DNA of 32,000 nt, taken from assembly GCF_000189295.2 (NCBI RefSeq), contig NC_016803.1, positions 2,760,001 to 2,792,000 of the forward strand, read 5' to 3'. Made by a program: the position numbers and the translations under genes. Under the pieces are notes generated by a model, which worked only from the letters and a program-made list of their open reading frames with translations, was not told the origin of the DNA and ran no database searches. The stretch's first letter is position 1, and each line of letters begins with the position of its first letter. This document shows, piece by piece, positions 14,743-24,263 of this stretch. The stretch comes from Pseudodesulfovibrio mercurii (GTDB taxonomy: Bacteria > Desulfobacterota > Desulfovibrionia > Desulfovibrionales > Desulfovibrionaceae).

Positions 14743-15513
14743 CTATCTGTTGTAGTAGGCCATCCAGAGGCCTTCCATGACCAGGTCGGGGCGCAGTTCG
14801 TTTATGGTTTCGGAGAGTTGGGCGATGGTGGGGGCGAGGCCGCCGGTGGCGATGACGAAGGGGTCCTTGAGTTGCTGGGAGAGTTTTTGGACCAGGCCGT
14901 CGATCATGGACGCGAAGCCAAAGACGAAGCCCTGGTTGAGGCACTCGGCCGTGCTCTGGCCCCAGTGGAGGGTGTTGCTCTTGACCGTGAGGTCCACCTT
15001 GGGGAGTTTAGCGGTGCCCGAGGCCAGGGCCGAGGCCGAGGAGAGCAGGCCGGGGCAGATGAGGCCGCCCTTGAAGGCGTTGTCCTGGATGCAGGCGCAG
15101 GTAGTGGCGGTGCCGAAGTCCACGACGATGAGGTTTTTCTCGTCGTAGGTCATGCGGGCGGAGTAGCAGCCCACCAGGACGTCCGCGCCGACCTGTTCGG
15201 GGTGGGCGTATTCGTTGTCGATGTCCAGGGGCAGGTCGCGGCCCGCGAACAGGCAGTCGCATTCCAGGAACCGGGCGGCCATGCTCGTGATGAGCGGGTC
15301 CAGCGGCGGGACCACGGAGGAGATGACGCAGGCCTCGATGTCGGTGGGGGCCACGCCTTCGCGCAGGAGGATGGATTCGATCTTGAGTCCCCAGTCGTCG
15401 TCGGTGTTGGCCGGGCGGGTGGGGAGGGTGTAGCTCTCGTTCAGTCCCTGGTCGTCGGCCAGGCAGAGCTTGGTATTGGTGTTGCCCGCGTCGAACAGCA
15501 GCGTTTTGCCCAT
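14743..15513 (-). CDS. coaX: type III pantothenate kinase
   Basis: LLFDAGNTNTK (the DxGNT phosphate-1 motif), VVDFGTATT and VIATGGLA, arranged as in CoaX/ASKHA proteins. 256 aa. Confidence 0.92.
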   Translation of the reverse strand: MGKTLLFDAGNTNTKLCLADDQGLNESYTLPTRPANTDDDWGLKIESILLREGVAPTDIEACVISSVVPPLDPLITSMAARFLECDCLFAGRDLPLDIDNEYAHPEQVGADVLVGCYSARMTYDEKNLIVVDFGTATTCACIQDNAFKGGLICPGLLSSASALASGTAKLPKVDLTVKSNTLHWGQSTAECLNQGFVFGFASMIDGLVQKLSQQLKDPFVIATGGLAPTIAQLSETINELRPDLVMEGLWMAYYNR

Positions 15514-15551
15514 GGCGTGTCTCCTTTCGGAGTGTTTCTACTTTTTCGGGG

Positions 15552-15593
15552 CAAAAGACAAGGCCCGCGCCGAGGAGGAAAGACGCGGGCCTT
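15552..15593 (-). terminator. probable terminator downstream of the MCP gene
   Basis: On the minus strand: AAGGCCCGCG-(14 nt)-CGCGGGCCTT followed by GTCTTTTG. The loop is large and the T-run is short. Confidence 0.55.
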
Positions 15594-15608
15594 GGGCCGG
15601 AAGGGCCG

Positions 15609-17786
15609 TCAGAACTTTTCGAAGTCGCTGTCGTCGGTCATGTCCAGGTCCACGCCGGTGTCGTCCGGGCCGCCCGCATCCGGTCCGATGATGCCGCTGG
15701 AGGGAGCGGGCAGGGACCTGGCCTTGCGCGGCCCGACCGAGACCGTGGTCCCGGCGGGCGCGGTCCGGGCCGAGCCCAGGCGGAAGTAGCCGATGATCTG
15801 TTGCAGCTGCATGGCGTGGCCGGTCAGGGTGTGGGAGGCGGCGGCCACGTGTTCGGACTCGGCCGCGTTCTGCTGGACCACGCGGTCCAGTTCGAGGACG
15901 GCGTCCTTGATCTGGATGGCGCCCGCGCTCTGCTCGTCGGAGCTGACCGAGATTTCGCGGATGAGCTCGGCGGTGCGGGTGATGTCCGGGACCATCTTGT
16001 CGAGCATGGCCCCGGCCTGTTCGGCGATGGCCACGGAGTCGACGGACAGCCCGCTGATCTCGGCGGCGGCCACGCCGCTGCGTTCGGCCAGCTTGCGCAC
16101 CTCGGCCGCGACCACGGCGAACCCCTTGCCGTGCTCGCCCGCGCGGGCGGCCTCGATGGCCGCATTGAGGGCCAGGAGGTTGGTCTGGCGCGCGATGTCC
16201 TCGACGATGGCGATCTTGTCCGCGATCTGGCGCATGGCCTCCACGGTCCGGGTCACGGACCGGCCGCCTTCCCCGGCGTCGCCCGCGGCCTGGCGGGCGA
16301 TCTTCTCGGTCTCGCGGGCGTTGCCCGTGTTCTGTTCGATGTTGGCGGTCATCTGCTCCATGGAGGCGGAGACCTCCTCCACGGCGCTGGCCTGGTTGGA
16401 CGCGCCCTCGGCCAGGGCCTGGGAGGTGTCGGTCAGTTCGCCGCTGCCCGCGGTCACGGACTCGGCCGCTCCCTGGACCTGGGCGACCACCTCGCGGAGC
16501 TTGCGGCCCATGGCGTTGACCGCCTCGCCGAGTTCGTCCAGCTCGTCCCGCAGGCGGCCCGTCCGCGCGGGCAGTCGCGGCACGTCCAGGTCGCCCTGGT
16601 TGATGTCGGTCATGACGGTCACGGTGGCGTTGATGGTCGAACTCATCTTGCGGGCGAAGAGGATGAAGACGAGGACGCCCAGAAGGAGCATGGCCGCGCC
16701 GATGCCCACGGTCCACCAGTTGGTGGAGTCCAGGGCGGACACTGTGGCCCGCTGGCCCTCCATGAATTCGTCGAGATAGCCGGTGCCGAGGATGACCCAG
16801 TCCCAGGGCTTGAAGTAGACCGCGCTGAGGATGGCCGTGCGCGGGCCGCTCGGGGAGGCCAGGCCGGTCTCCAGGGTGACCACCTTGCCGCCCGCCTCCC
16901 TGGCCTTCACGGCCAGGTCCTTGTACACGGCCCGGCCCGAGGCGTCGGTCTGGGACAGGATGTTGGCGCCCTCGGCCTTGTCGTCGGGATGCATCTTGAT
17001 GACGCCCTCGGACGAGCCGGACCCGCCGAACACGGTCAGGAAGCCGGTGCGGCCGAGCTTGACGTTCTTGAAGGCCCGGCGCAGCTGCTCCACGCCCTCC
17101 TGGAGGATGCCCACGTACAGGCAGCCGATGACCTTGCCCGAGCCGTCCCGGATGGGCCGGTACTGGGTCAGGTACCAGGCGTTGACCACGAAGGCCGTGC
17201 CCCGGTAGGTCTCGCCCGCCCTGACGGTCCGGGCCACGGCCGACGAGCCGGGGATGAAGGTGCCCACGGCCCGCTTGCCGTCGGTCTTGAGGATGTTGGT
17301 GGCCACGCGCAGCAGGTCGCCCGACTCGTTCATGGTCTGGAAGACCGTGCAGGTGGTCCCGGTCAGCTGCATGATCTCGTCCACCAGGGGGGTGGGCGTG
17401 CCCGGGTCGCTGTTCTGTCCGAGCCAGTCGGCCCCCAGGGCCAGCCTGGGCAGGGACACGGCCGAGGCGGCCTTGCTGATCTGGTTGACCGCCCGCCACT
17501 CCACGGTTCCGGGCAGCAGGCGCAGCCCGCCGCCGCGCCGTTCCAGGTCCAGGACGACGCGCATGTCGTTCTCGAGCTGTTTGGTCAGGGTGGCGTGCTG
17601 GGTGTCGAGCAGGTTGCGGGCGTCGTCCACGGCCAGGGTCATCTCGGCCTGGGCCTGGAGGTCGAAGTGGGTGGTCAGGGTCTCGGCGACCTTGGAGCTC
17701 TGCCACAGGAGGATGCCGAGGATGCAGGCCGCCGTGGTGCCGACCAGGGCGGTTCCGAGCAGTGTAAGCTTGGGTCCTATGCGCAT
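15609..17786 (-). CDS. methyl-accepting chemotaxis protein with a periplasmic Cache-type sensor
   Basis: Start at ATG 17786 (AAGGGGA upstream; [16 protein letters not shown]... forms TM1). The periplasmic domain carries [32 protein letters not shown], which looks Cache_3-Cache_2-like. It is followed by a second TM, a HAMP region, and the MCP signalling hairpin ([40 protein letters not shown]). Confidence 0.92.
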   Translation of the reverse strand: MRIGPKLTLLGTALVGTTAACILGILLWQSSKVAETLTTHFDLQAQAEMTLAVDDARNLLDTQHATLTKQLENDMRVVLDLERRGGGLRLLPGTVEWRAVNQISKAASAVSLPRLALGADWLGQNSDPGTPTPLVDEIMQLTGTTCTVFQTMNESGDLLRVATNILKTDGKRAVGTFIPGSSAVARTVRAGETYRGTAFVVNAWYLTQYRPIRDGSGKVIGCLYVGILQEGVEQLRRAFKNVKLGRTGFLTVFGGSGSSEGVIKMHPDDKAEGANILSQTDASGRAVYKDLAVKAREAGGKVVTLETGLASPSGPRTAILSAVYFKPWDWVILGTGYLDEFMEGQRATVSALDSTNWWTVGIGAAMLLLGVLVFILFARKMSSTINATVTVMTDINQGDLDVPRLPARTGRLRDELDELGEAVNAMGRKLREVVAQVQGAAESVTAGSGELTDTSQALAEGASNQASAVEEVSASMEQMTANIEQNTGNARETEKIARQAAGDAGEGGRSVTRTVEAMRQIADKIAIVEDIARQTNLLALNAAIEAARAGEHGKGFAVVAAEVRKLAERSGVAAAEISGLSVDSVAIAEQAGAMLDKMVPDITRTAELIREISVSSDEQSAGAIQIKDAVLELDRVVQQNAAESEHVAAASHTLTGHAMQLQQIIGYFRLGSARTAPAGTTVSVGPRKARSLPAPSSGIIGPDAGGPDDTGVDLDMTDDSDFEKF

Positions 17787-17970
17787 GAAACGTCCCCTTG
17801 GTTCTCGGGTTTCGTTTAGGACAACCATAGCAACTCCAAGGGAATGAACAATTATAATCCGGCGGGAAGAACGCCCGTTCGCCGCCGCAAAATGTCCGGT
17901 TGTGTTGTGCCCGTCCGGGAAATCACCTATAGACGGATGATATATCCGTCATGACACAAGGAGTGCCGTC

Positions 17971-19014
17971 GTGAATCCCGCTTCCCTGATCCCCATGGCC
18001 GAACCCATACCCATCCACTGGGCGTGGTTCGATGTCCTGCTCATCGCCACCTTCGCGGCCCATGTGCTGTTCATGAACGCCATGCTCGGGTCCGCGGCCA
18101 TCGGCCTGGTCCAGGCCGTGCGCGGCCGGAACACGCTCATCCGCGAGGTGGGCATGAAGCTGCCGCCGCTGCTCGCCCTGACCATCAACATGGGCGTGGC
18201 CCCGCTGCTCTTCCTCCAGGTCAACTACGGCAACTTCGACTACGTCAGCTCGGTGCTCATGGGCGGTTGGTGGCTGGCCGTGATCTTCGTGCTCCTCTAT
18301 TCCTACTACGGCTTCTACCTGTACAAGTTCAAATACGAGACCATGGGCGCGGGGCTGCGCCTGGCCCTGTTCGGCTCGTCCGTGCTGGGCATCGTCTACG
18401 TGGGCTTCATGTTCTCCAACAACATGACCCTGATGCTCCGGCCCGAGGGCTGGGCGCCCTATTTCGACGGCTATGCCGGGTTCCTCAACTGGCGCGATCC
18501 GGCCCTGTATCCCCGGTTCCTGCACATGATGATCGGGGCCCTGGCCGTGGGCGGCCTGTTCGTGGCCCTGCTCGGGCGGCACAAGCAAAGCGAGGACTTC
18601 GTCCGCACCGGCATGTGGTGGTTCACCCGGGCCACCATGGTCAACCTGGCCGTGGGGCTGTGGTTCCTCATGGCCCTGCCGGACAAGGTCATGCTGGCCT
18701 TCATGGGCCACAACCTGCCCGCCACCCTGACCCTGGTCGCCGGGCTGGCCTCGGCGGGCGTGCTGCTCTACGCGGGCTTCCGCATGGAGCCCATGCGCGT
18801 GGCCGCCTGGGCCGCAATCACCGTGTTCCTCATGGCCTGCGTCCGCCACTGGGCGCGGGTCCTGTACCTGGACCCGTGGTTCTCAATGGACACCGTGCCC
18901 GTGACCAACCAGTACGGCTCCTTCTACCTCTTCCTCGGCTTCCTGGTCGGGGGCGGGGCGCTCATGGCCTACATGCTCAAGCTCTATTTCAAGTCGGGAC
19001 AGGGGAGGGCGTAG
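17971..19014 (+). CDS. polytopic membrane protein, distant cytochrome bd subunit-like partner
   Basis: GTG 17971 with AAGGAG at 17958. About 9 TM helices. TM1 (LLIATFAAHVLFMNAMLG) has a conserved-looking His, as in the neighbouring CydA-like protein. Only 3 nt separate it from the next gene. Confidence 0.8.
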   Translation: MNPASLIPMAEPIPIHWAWFDVLLIATFAAHVLFMNAMLGSAAIGLVQAVRGRNTLIREVGMKLPPLLALTINMGVAPLLFLQVNYGNFDYVSSVLMGGWWLAVIFVLLYSYYGFYLYKFKYETMGAGLRLALFGSSVLGIVYVGFMFSNNMTLMLRPEGWAPYFDGYAGFLNWRDPALYPRFLHMMIGALAVGGLFVALLGRHKQSEDFVRTGMWWFTRATMVNLAVGLWFLMALPDKVMLAFMGHNLPATLTLVAGLASAGVLLYAGFRMEPMRVAAWAAITVFLMACVRHWARVLYLDPWFSMDTVPVTNQYGSFYLFLGFLVGGGALMAYMLKLYFKSGQGRA

Positions 19015-19017
19015 CTC

Positions 19018-21528
19018 ATGGAATATCCCATCTGGCATCTGACCACCCTGGGCGGCGGCTTCTGGATCGCCGTCATCGCCACCCTGCACGTCTACGTGGC
19101 CCACTTCGCCGTGGGCGGCGGCCTGTTCCTGGTCCTGACCGAGCGGGCGGCCTATAAATCCGACAACATCCACCTGCTCGAATACGCCCGGAAGCACACC
19201 CGCTTCTTCCTGCTCCTGACCATGGCCTTCGGCGGCGTGTCCGGCGTGGCCATCTGGCTGACCGTGGCCCTGCTCGCGCCCGAGGCGACCATCACCCTGA
19301 TCCACCAGTTCGTCTTCGGCTGGGCCGCAGAATGGGTCTGCTTCCTGGGCGAGATTCTGGCCCTGATCATCTACTACTACGCCTGGGACCGCATGGACCG
19401 CCGCGACCACATGATCGTGGGCTGGCTCTACTTCCTGTTCGGCTGGCTGTCCCTCTTCCTGATCAACGGGATCATCGGCTTCATGCTCACCCCGGGCCAG
19501 TGGCTCGAGACCAGGAGCTTCTGGGACGGCTTCTTCAACCCGTCCTTCTGGCCGTCCCTGGTCTTCCGCTCCTTCTTCTCGGCCGTGTGCGCGGGGCTGT
19601 TCGGCTTCGTCACGGCCACGCGCATCCCGGACGAACCCACCCGGCTGCATACCGTCCGGGTCTGCTCGGCCTGGACCGTGCTCGGCGTGCTGGCCGTGTT
19701 CCTGTCCGGCTGGTGGTACGTGGCCGCCATGCCGCCCGAGCAGTACGAGATGATCGTCTACAAGTCGAACCGCGTCGCCCACTTCATGCAGTACTTCTGG
19801 ATCTTCGGCACGGCCACCCTCATCGGCGGCCTGCTCCTGGCCCTGAAGACCCCCAAGGCCCTGTCTTTCACCATGGCCCTGGTGGTCCTGCTGGTCGGCC
19901 AGGGGCTGTTCGGCTCCTTCGAGTTCATCCGCGAGGCGGGCCGCAAGCCGTACCTCATCTGGGATACGATCTATTCCTCCTCCATCCTCAAGGCCCACGT
20001 GCCGGTCATCGACCAGAACGGTGCCATCGCCTCGGCCAAGTGGGCCCCGCCCGAACTGGCCGACGGCATCACCGAGGCCAACGTCAAGGTCGCGGGCGAG
20101 TTCCTCTTCCAGCTCGAATGCTCGGCCTGCCACTCCGTGCACGGCCCCATGAACGAGATCACCAAGCGCACCGTCCAGTACGACGTGAACGGCATGGACG
20201 CCTTCCTGACCGGCATGGGCAAGCTGAACAAGTACATGCCCCCGTTCATCGGCACCCCCGAGGAGCGCATGGCCCTGGCCCGGTACATCGCCGAGGACCT
20301 CAACGGCCACGCCCCGGCGGCCGCGCCCCCGGCCCCGGAAATGGCCGAGCCCGCGTCCGCGCCCTTTGACCCCGAAACCTCGGAATACACCCTGGTGGGC
20401 TGGTGCTCGCGCGGCATGGGCTTCTTCTCCCAGAACGACAAGTGGACCCTGCTGCCGCCCATGAACGTCATCCGCGCCCAGCTCGTGCGCCGCGATCCCT
20501 CGCCCGAACGGGTCATGGACGACGTGACCATCACCTACGCCATCGAGCCCGATCAGGCCGACCAGGCCCTGACCGGCACCCTCGAACTCAACGCCGACGC
20601 GGGCCGCTTCGAGGCCCGGGTGGCCATCCCGCCCTACGTCAAGGACGGGGCGTACAACCCCCTGCCCCTCGTCACCCTGACGGCCAGGGACGGCTCCGGC
20701 GCGGTCCTGGCCACGGCCAGGCTCGCCGCGCCCACCTCGGACCAGATGGGCTGCTTCAACTGCCACAGCGGCCAGTGGAAGCAGGACGGCTCGGGCGTGA
20801 CCACCGCCACGGTGGAGAACATCCTGGCCACCCACGACCGCATGAACTCCACCCGCCTGGCCGAAACCAAGGGCGAGGTCCGGTGCATCACCTGCCACGA
20901 CGACCCCATTCAGTCCGCCGAAGGCAATGCGGACAAGCCCAACCTGTCCGCCGCCATCCACGGCGTGCACGCCATCTACATGGCCGGGCGCGGTGCCGAA
21001 AGCTCCTGCCTCAAGTGCCACCCCCAGTCCACCCTGCGCGGACAGCACGAGGCCGTGGGCTTCACCTGCACCGACTGCCACGGCATGATCGAGGACCTGG
21101 CCGTGTCCCTGCTCAAGGCCGAACAGGCACGCGGCGTGCCCGGCGCGGGCCGGATCATGGCCCGAATCACCCCCCGGACCCTGCCCAACAAGGAGGCCAT
21201 CAACCCCCGAAAGCCGTGGATCAACGAGCCCGACTGCCTGACCTGCCACAAGGACTTCGCCGCGCCCGACGTGGACTCGGCCTTCAACACCTGGACCAAG
21301 GACGCCGACTCCCTCTTCGCCGCCCGGCGCGACGAGATGGACGCCATGCACTGCGGGGCCTGCCACGGCTCGCCCCACGCCATCTATCCGGCCACGCCGC
21401 GCGACAACGTCCTGCCCCTGCAATACATGGACGAGGCCCGGCCCCTGGGCGCGGGCGGCAACTGCACCGTCTGCCACAAGGATCCCATGGAATACCCCGC
21501 CCACCATCCGGGCATGGGACTCGAATAA
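19018..21528 (+). CDS. cytochrome bd subunit I (CydA)-like membrane domain fused to an octahaem c-type cytochrome
   Basis: The N-terminal 330 aa or so are colinear with CydA: IATLHVYVAHFAVGGGLFLV matches AMYHFLFVPLTLG, and LGEILALIIYYYAWDRMDRRDHMIVGW matches [26 protein letters not shown]. The C-terminal 500 aa or so contain eight CxxCH motifs: CSACH, CFNCH, CITCH, CLKCH, CTDCH, CLTCH, CGACH, CTVCH. Confidence 0.88.
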   Translation: MEYPIWHLTTLGGGFWIAVIATLHVYVAHFAVGGGLFLVLTERAAYKSDNIHLLEYARKHTRFFLLLTMAFGGVSGVAIWLTVALLAPEATITLIHQFVFGWAAEWVCFLGEILALIIYYYAWDRMDRRDHMIVGWLYFLFGWLSLFLINGIIGFMLTPGQWLETRSFWDGFFNPSFWPSLVFRSFFSAVCAGLFGFVTATRIPDEPTRLHTVRVCSAWTVLGVLAVFLSGWWYVAAMPPEQYEMIVYKSNRVAHFMQYFWIFGTATLIGGLLLALKTPKALSFTMALVVLLVGQGLFGSFEFIREAGRKPYLIWDTIYSSSILKAHVPVIDQNGAIASAKWAPPELADGITEANVKVAGEFLFQLECSACHSVHGPMNEITKRTVQYDVNGMDAFLTGMGKLNKYMPPFIGTPEERMALARYIAEDLNGHAPAAAPPAPEMAEPASAPFDPETSEYTLVGWCSRGMGFFSQNDKWTLLPPMNVIRAQLVRRDPSPERVMDDVTITYAIEPDQADQALTGTLELNADAGRFEARVAIPPYVKDGAYNPLPLVTLTARDGSGAVLATARLAAPTSDQMGCFNCHSGQWKQDGSGVTTATVENILATHDRMNSTRLAETKGEVRCITCHDDPIQSAEGNADKPNLSAAIHGVHAIYMAGRGAESSCLKCHPQSTLRGQHEAVGFTCTDCHGMIEDLAVSLLKAEQARGVPGAGRIMARITPRTLPNKEAINPRKPWINEPDCLTCHKDFAAPDVDSAFNTWTKDADSLFAARRDEMDAMHCGACHGSPHAIYPATPRDNVLPLQYMDEARPLGAGGNCTVCHKDPMEYPAHHPGMGLE

Positions 21529-21551
21529 TCCGTCACCCCCGAACCCCCAAA

Positions 21552-21583
21552 GGGCGCACCACAGCCGGTGCGCCCTTTTTTTT
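21552..21583 (+). terminator. rho-independent terminator of the cytochrome operon
   Basis: GGGCGCACC-ACAGCC-GGTGCGCCC followed by TTTTTTTT, starting 24 nt after the stop codon. Confidence 0.85.
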
Positions 21584-21690
21584 CGGGGAATCCAGGGCGC
21601 TGCTTCGGCGCGGGACGCCTTCCGCCAACGATCTCCACCACCCCCGCGACCCGCCCCGCGAAGCGGCGCCAAAAAGTTTTGGAGATTCTC

Positions 21691-21765
21691 AAGAACCTTT
21701 TCCAAAAGGTTCTTAAGCCGCCGGAGGCGCCCGCCCGGCGAGGGCCCGCCGGAGGCGTTCCCCTC
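21691..21765. repeat. copy of a GC-rich intergenic repeat family
   Basis: A palindrome AAGAACCTTTT-CC-AAAAGGTTCTT (21691..21714) is followed by CGCCGGAGGCGCCCGCCCGGCGAGGGC (21719..21745) and CCGCCGGAGGCGTTCCC. The 27-mer is identical to 31531..31557. The last motif recurs at 31583..31599 and, inverted, at 31173..31191. Confidence 0.7.
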
Positions 21766-21785
21766 TCTGTGCGGCGCGGCCGCGC

Positions 21786-24215
21786 CTAGGCGGCCACGTG
21801 GTTGCCGAAGATTTCCCAGGTTTTGAGGAAGGTGGCGTCGAAGGTGCGGTTTTCGACGTGGGAGCGGGCCTTGCGGCGCATGTACTGGATGCGTTCGGGG
21901 GTATCGACCATGTGCAGGATGGCGCGGAGCAGGGAGTCGGGGTCGCCGGCGGGGACGATGATGCCGGTCTCGTTGGGCAGGACGTTTTCGGCGGGGCCGC
22001 CCTTGTCGGTGACGATGACGGGCAGTCCCGAGGCCTGGGCTTCGAGGACGACGTTGCCGAAGGTGTCGGTGGCCGAGGGGAAGACGAAGAGGTCGGCGCT
22101 GGCGTAGGCCTGGGCCAGGGCTTCGCCCTTGAGCACGCCGGTGAAGGTGGCGGGGGTGGAGCGCAGGGCGCGCCGCATTTCGGGCAGGTAGGGGCCGTCG
22201 CCGACCACGATGAGCTGGATGGCGTCGCGCATACGGGCGGCCTTGCGGAAGGCCTCGGTCAGGACGTCGAGGCCTTTTTCCTTGGACACGCGGCCCACGT
22301 AGAGGAGCTTGGTGCCGCCGCCGATGTCGAACTGGTTGAAGAAGCCGTTGCGTTTGGCGGGGTGGAACCGTTCGGTGTCCACGCCGCGCGGGTAGGTGAC
22401 GATCTTGCCGGGGTCGATGCCGCGGTCGATGAGCTCGTACCTGGTCGCTTCGGAGGGCGCGTAGATGACCTGCATCTGGTTGTAGAACCAGGACATGTAG
22501 CGCCAGCAGCCGTCTTCCAGGCCGGCGTCTTCGGTGAAGGCCCCGACGTATTCGGGGAAGGCGGTGTGGTAGGTGCCGTGGAAGGGGAGCTTGAGGATCC
22601 TGGCGATGGCCAGTCCGGCCAGGCCGACGGGGCCGGGGGTGGCGGCGAGGATGCAGTCGTATTCCTGCTCGAAGCAGTGGGTGAGCATGTCGAGGAAGGG
22701 CGGGTAGGCCAGGGAGATTTCGGGGTATTCCGGGATGTCGAAGCGGCCCACGGGCTCGAAGGAGACGGCGCCGGGCACGTCGGCCCTGGCCCCGCAGGTG
22801 ATGACGGTCATGTCCTTGCCGTGGCGGGCGACCATTTCGAGTTGCTGGCGGATGGTCCTGGCCACGCCGTTGATCTCGTCGAAGGTGTCGGTGAAGTGGG
22901 CGATCTTGAGGTCGTCGCTGGTCCGGGCGTTCTTTTTGCGGAAGCGGTCGAGGCAGGCGTTGGAGAAGGCCCGTTCGGTGGAGAAGAGGTCGTAGCCCAC
23001 GAAGTAGGGGGCGAGCAGGGCGTAGAGGGAGCCCGCCGAGCCGATGGAGTGGAAGACGTCGAAGAGGTTGGCCCCGATGACGGAGTTGAGGGTCCGGTCG
23101 GCGAACTGGGCGAGGACGCGGTTGGCGGCCAGGGAGACGAAGCGGGCCCATTCGCGTTCGAGGACGACCACGTCGGCGACCTTGCCCCGGGCGATGCGCA
23201 TGAGGGTCTCGTCGTGGGCGATGATGTCGGCGGCCTCCTTGAGGAGCATGTCCTGGACCGAGTCGGACGGGCCGTATTCGCGGTGCAGGGTGGCCTTGCC
23301 CCGGCCGATGATCCGTTGCAGCAGCGAGGAGATTCCGGGTTTGGGTTCGGCGCCGGGGTTGAGGGCGGACTTGATGAAGCGGAAGCAGAGGTGCTCGGAG
23401 ACCTCGGGCGCGAGGGAGCCGGTGCGCGAGCGGTAGAACTGGTAGGCGATGCCGTAGAGGTTGTGGGCCATGGTCCGGGGCGTGGCCGCGGTCCCGGCGG
23501 GCCGGGAGGTGCGTTCGGTCAGCGCGGTCAGGACGTTCTTCAGGGTGGGCTGGCCGGGAAAGAGGGTGTGCATGCGCGCGATGTTCAGGGAGGAGTGGTC
23601 GTCGGACCCGCCGGTGATGCCCTTTTCCCAGGGCTCGTCGCCGTAGGGTTCGATGCCGTGGGTATTGGCCAGGCGGTCGATATCGAGCGGGGTCAGGCGG
23701 TTCACGATGTCGCGCAGGGTCCGGTTCTGGCGGGCGTCGCGGGTGCCGTTTTCCTCCAGGGTGTTGAACAGGAGCAGGGCCTGTTCGAAGTGGGCCGGGG
23801 TGAGCCGGTCGTTGACCGCGAAGAGGGGGTGGGCCAGGACGTGGTGGATGCGCTGTTCACGCAGGTAGGGGACCAGGTCGAAGACGTTGTCGCGGCAGCG
23901 CTGGATGTCCTGGTGCTGGGCTTCGGTGATGTCGTAGGCCAGGACGTGGAGCTTGCAGCGGTCCTCGGGGAAGTAGGTGGTGATCTCCTCGCTGACGAAG
24001 GTGTTCGGCAGGTGGGCGATCTCGAGCGACCCGGCGATGGTGTTGTGGTCGGTGATTGTGACCATATCCATGCCCCTGGCCAGGGCGATGTCGTAGAGGC
24101 GGCGTGGTTCGGTGAAGCTCTCGGGGCAGCCGATCTTTTGCAGGATCCACTGCGACGGGCGCGTGGAAAAGCGTGAGTGGACGTGCATGTCCACTTTGAA
24201 CATGGGGTCAGCCAT
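21786..24215 (-). CDS. PHP-domain phosphoesterase fused to a GT4-family glycosyltransferase
   Basis: The N-terminus, VDMHVHSRFS...MVTITDHNTIAG...GGSDDHS, carries PHP metal-binding His/Asp motifs. The C-terminal half is GT-B/GT4-like: GRVSKEKGLDVL...LIVVGDGPY...ADLFVFPSATDTFGNVVLEAQASGLPVIVTDKGGPAE. 809 aa. Confidence 0.88.
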   Translation of the reverse strand: MADPMFKVDMHVHSRFSTRPSQWILQKIGCPESFTEPRRLYDIALARGMDMVTITDHNTIAGSLEIAHLPNTFVSEEITTYFPEDRCKLHVLAYDITEAQHQDIQRCRDNVFDLVPYLREQRIHHVLAHPLFAVNDRLTPAHFEQALLLFNTLEENGTRDARQNRTLRDIVNRLTPLDIDRLANTHGIEPYGDEPWEKGITGGSDDHSSLNIARMHTLFPGQPTLKNVLTALTERTSRPAGTAATPRTMAHNLYGIAYQFYRSRTGSLAPEVSEHLCFRFIKSALNPGAEPKPGISSLLQRIIGRGKATLHREYGPSDSVQDMLLKEAADIIAHDETLMRIARGKVADVVVLEREWARFVSLAANRVLAQFADRTLNSVIGANLFDVFHSIGSAGSLYALLAPYFVGYDLFSTERAFSNACLDRFRKKNARTSDDLKIAHFTDTFDEINGVARTIRQQLEMVARHGKDMTVITCGARADVPGAVSFEPVGRFDIPEYPEISLAYPPFLDMLTHCFEQEYDCILAATPGPVGLAGLAIARILKLPFHGTYHTAFPEYVGAFTEDAGLEDGCWRYMSWFYNQMQVIYAPSEATRYELIDRGIDPGKIVTYPRGVDTERFHPAKRNGFFNQFDIGGGTKLLYVGRVSKEKGLDVLTEAFRKAARMRDAIQLIVVGDGPYLPEMRRALRSTPATFTGVLKGEALAQAYASADLFVFPSATDTFGNVVLEAQASGLPVIVTDKGGPAENVLPNETGIIVPAGDPDSLLRAILHMVDTPERIQYMRRKARSHVENRTFDATFLKTWEIFGNHVAA

Positions 24216-24263
24216 GGTTCTCTCCGTTGCGGCCGGGGGCCGCGTGGTAAATCGTTCGGCGGC

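Noticed and set aside
15538-17819. 722-aa minus-strand and 672-aa plus-strand ORFs overlapping the MCP gene.
   Set aside because: They are alternative frames of a gene with a textbook MCP signalling domain. Their composition is Arg/Gly/Pro-rich.
18883-23151. 1422-aa minus-strand ORF.
   Set aside because: It runs antisense through the cytochrome gene, across a strong terminator and a repeat-filled intergenic region, and into the PHP-GT gene in a wrong frame. It is a GC-rich open-frame artefact.
21798-24176. 792-aa plus-strand ORF.
   Set aside because: It is antisense to the PHP-glycosyltransferase gene, which has clear motifs. The translation is Gly/Val/Glu/Ala low-complexity sequence.
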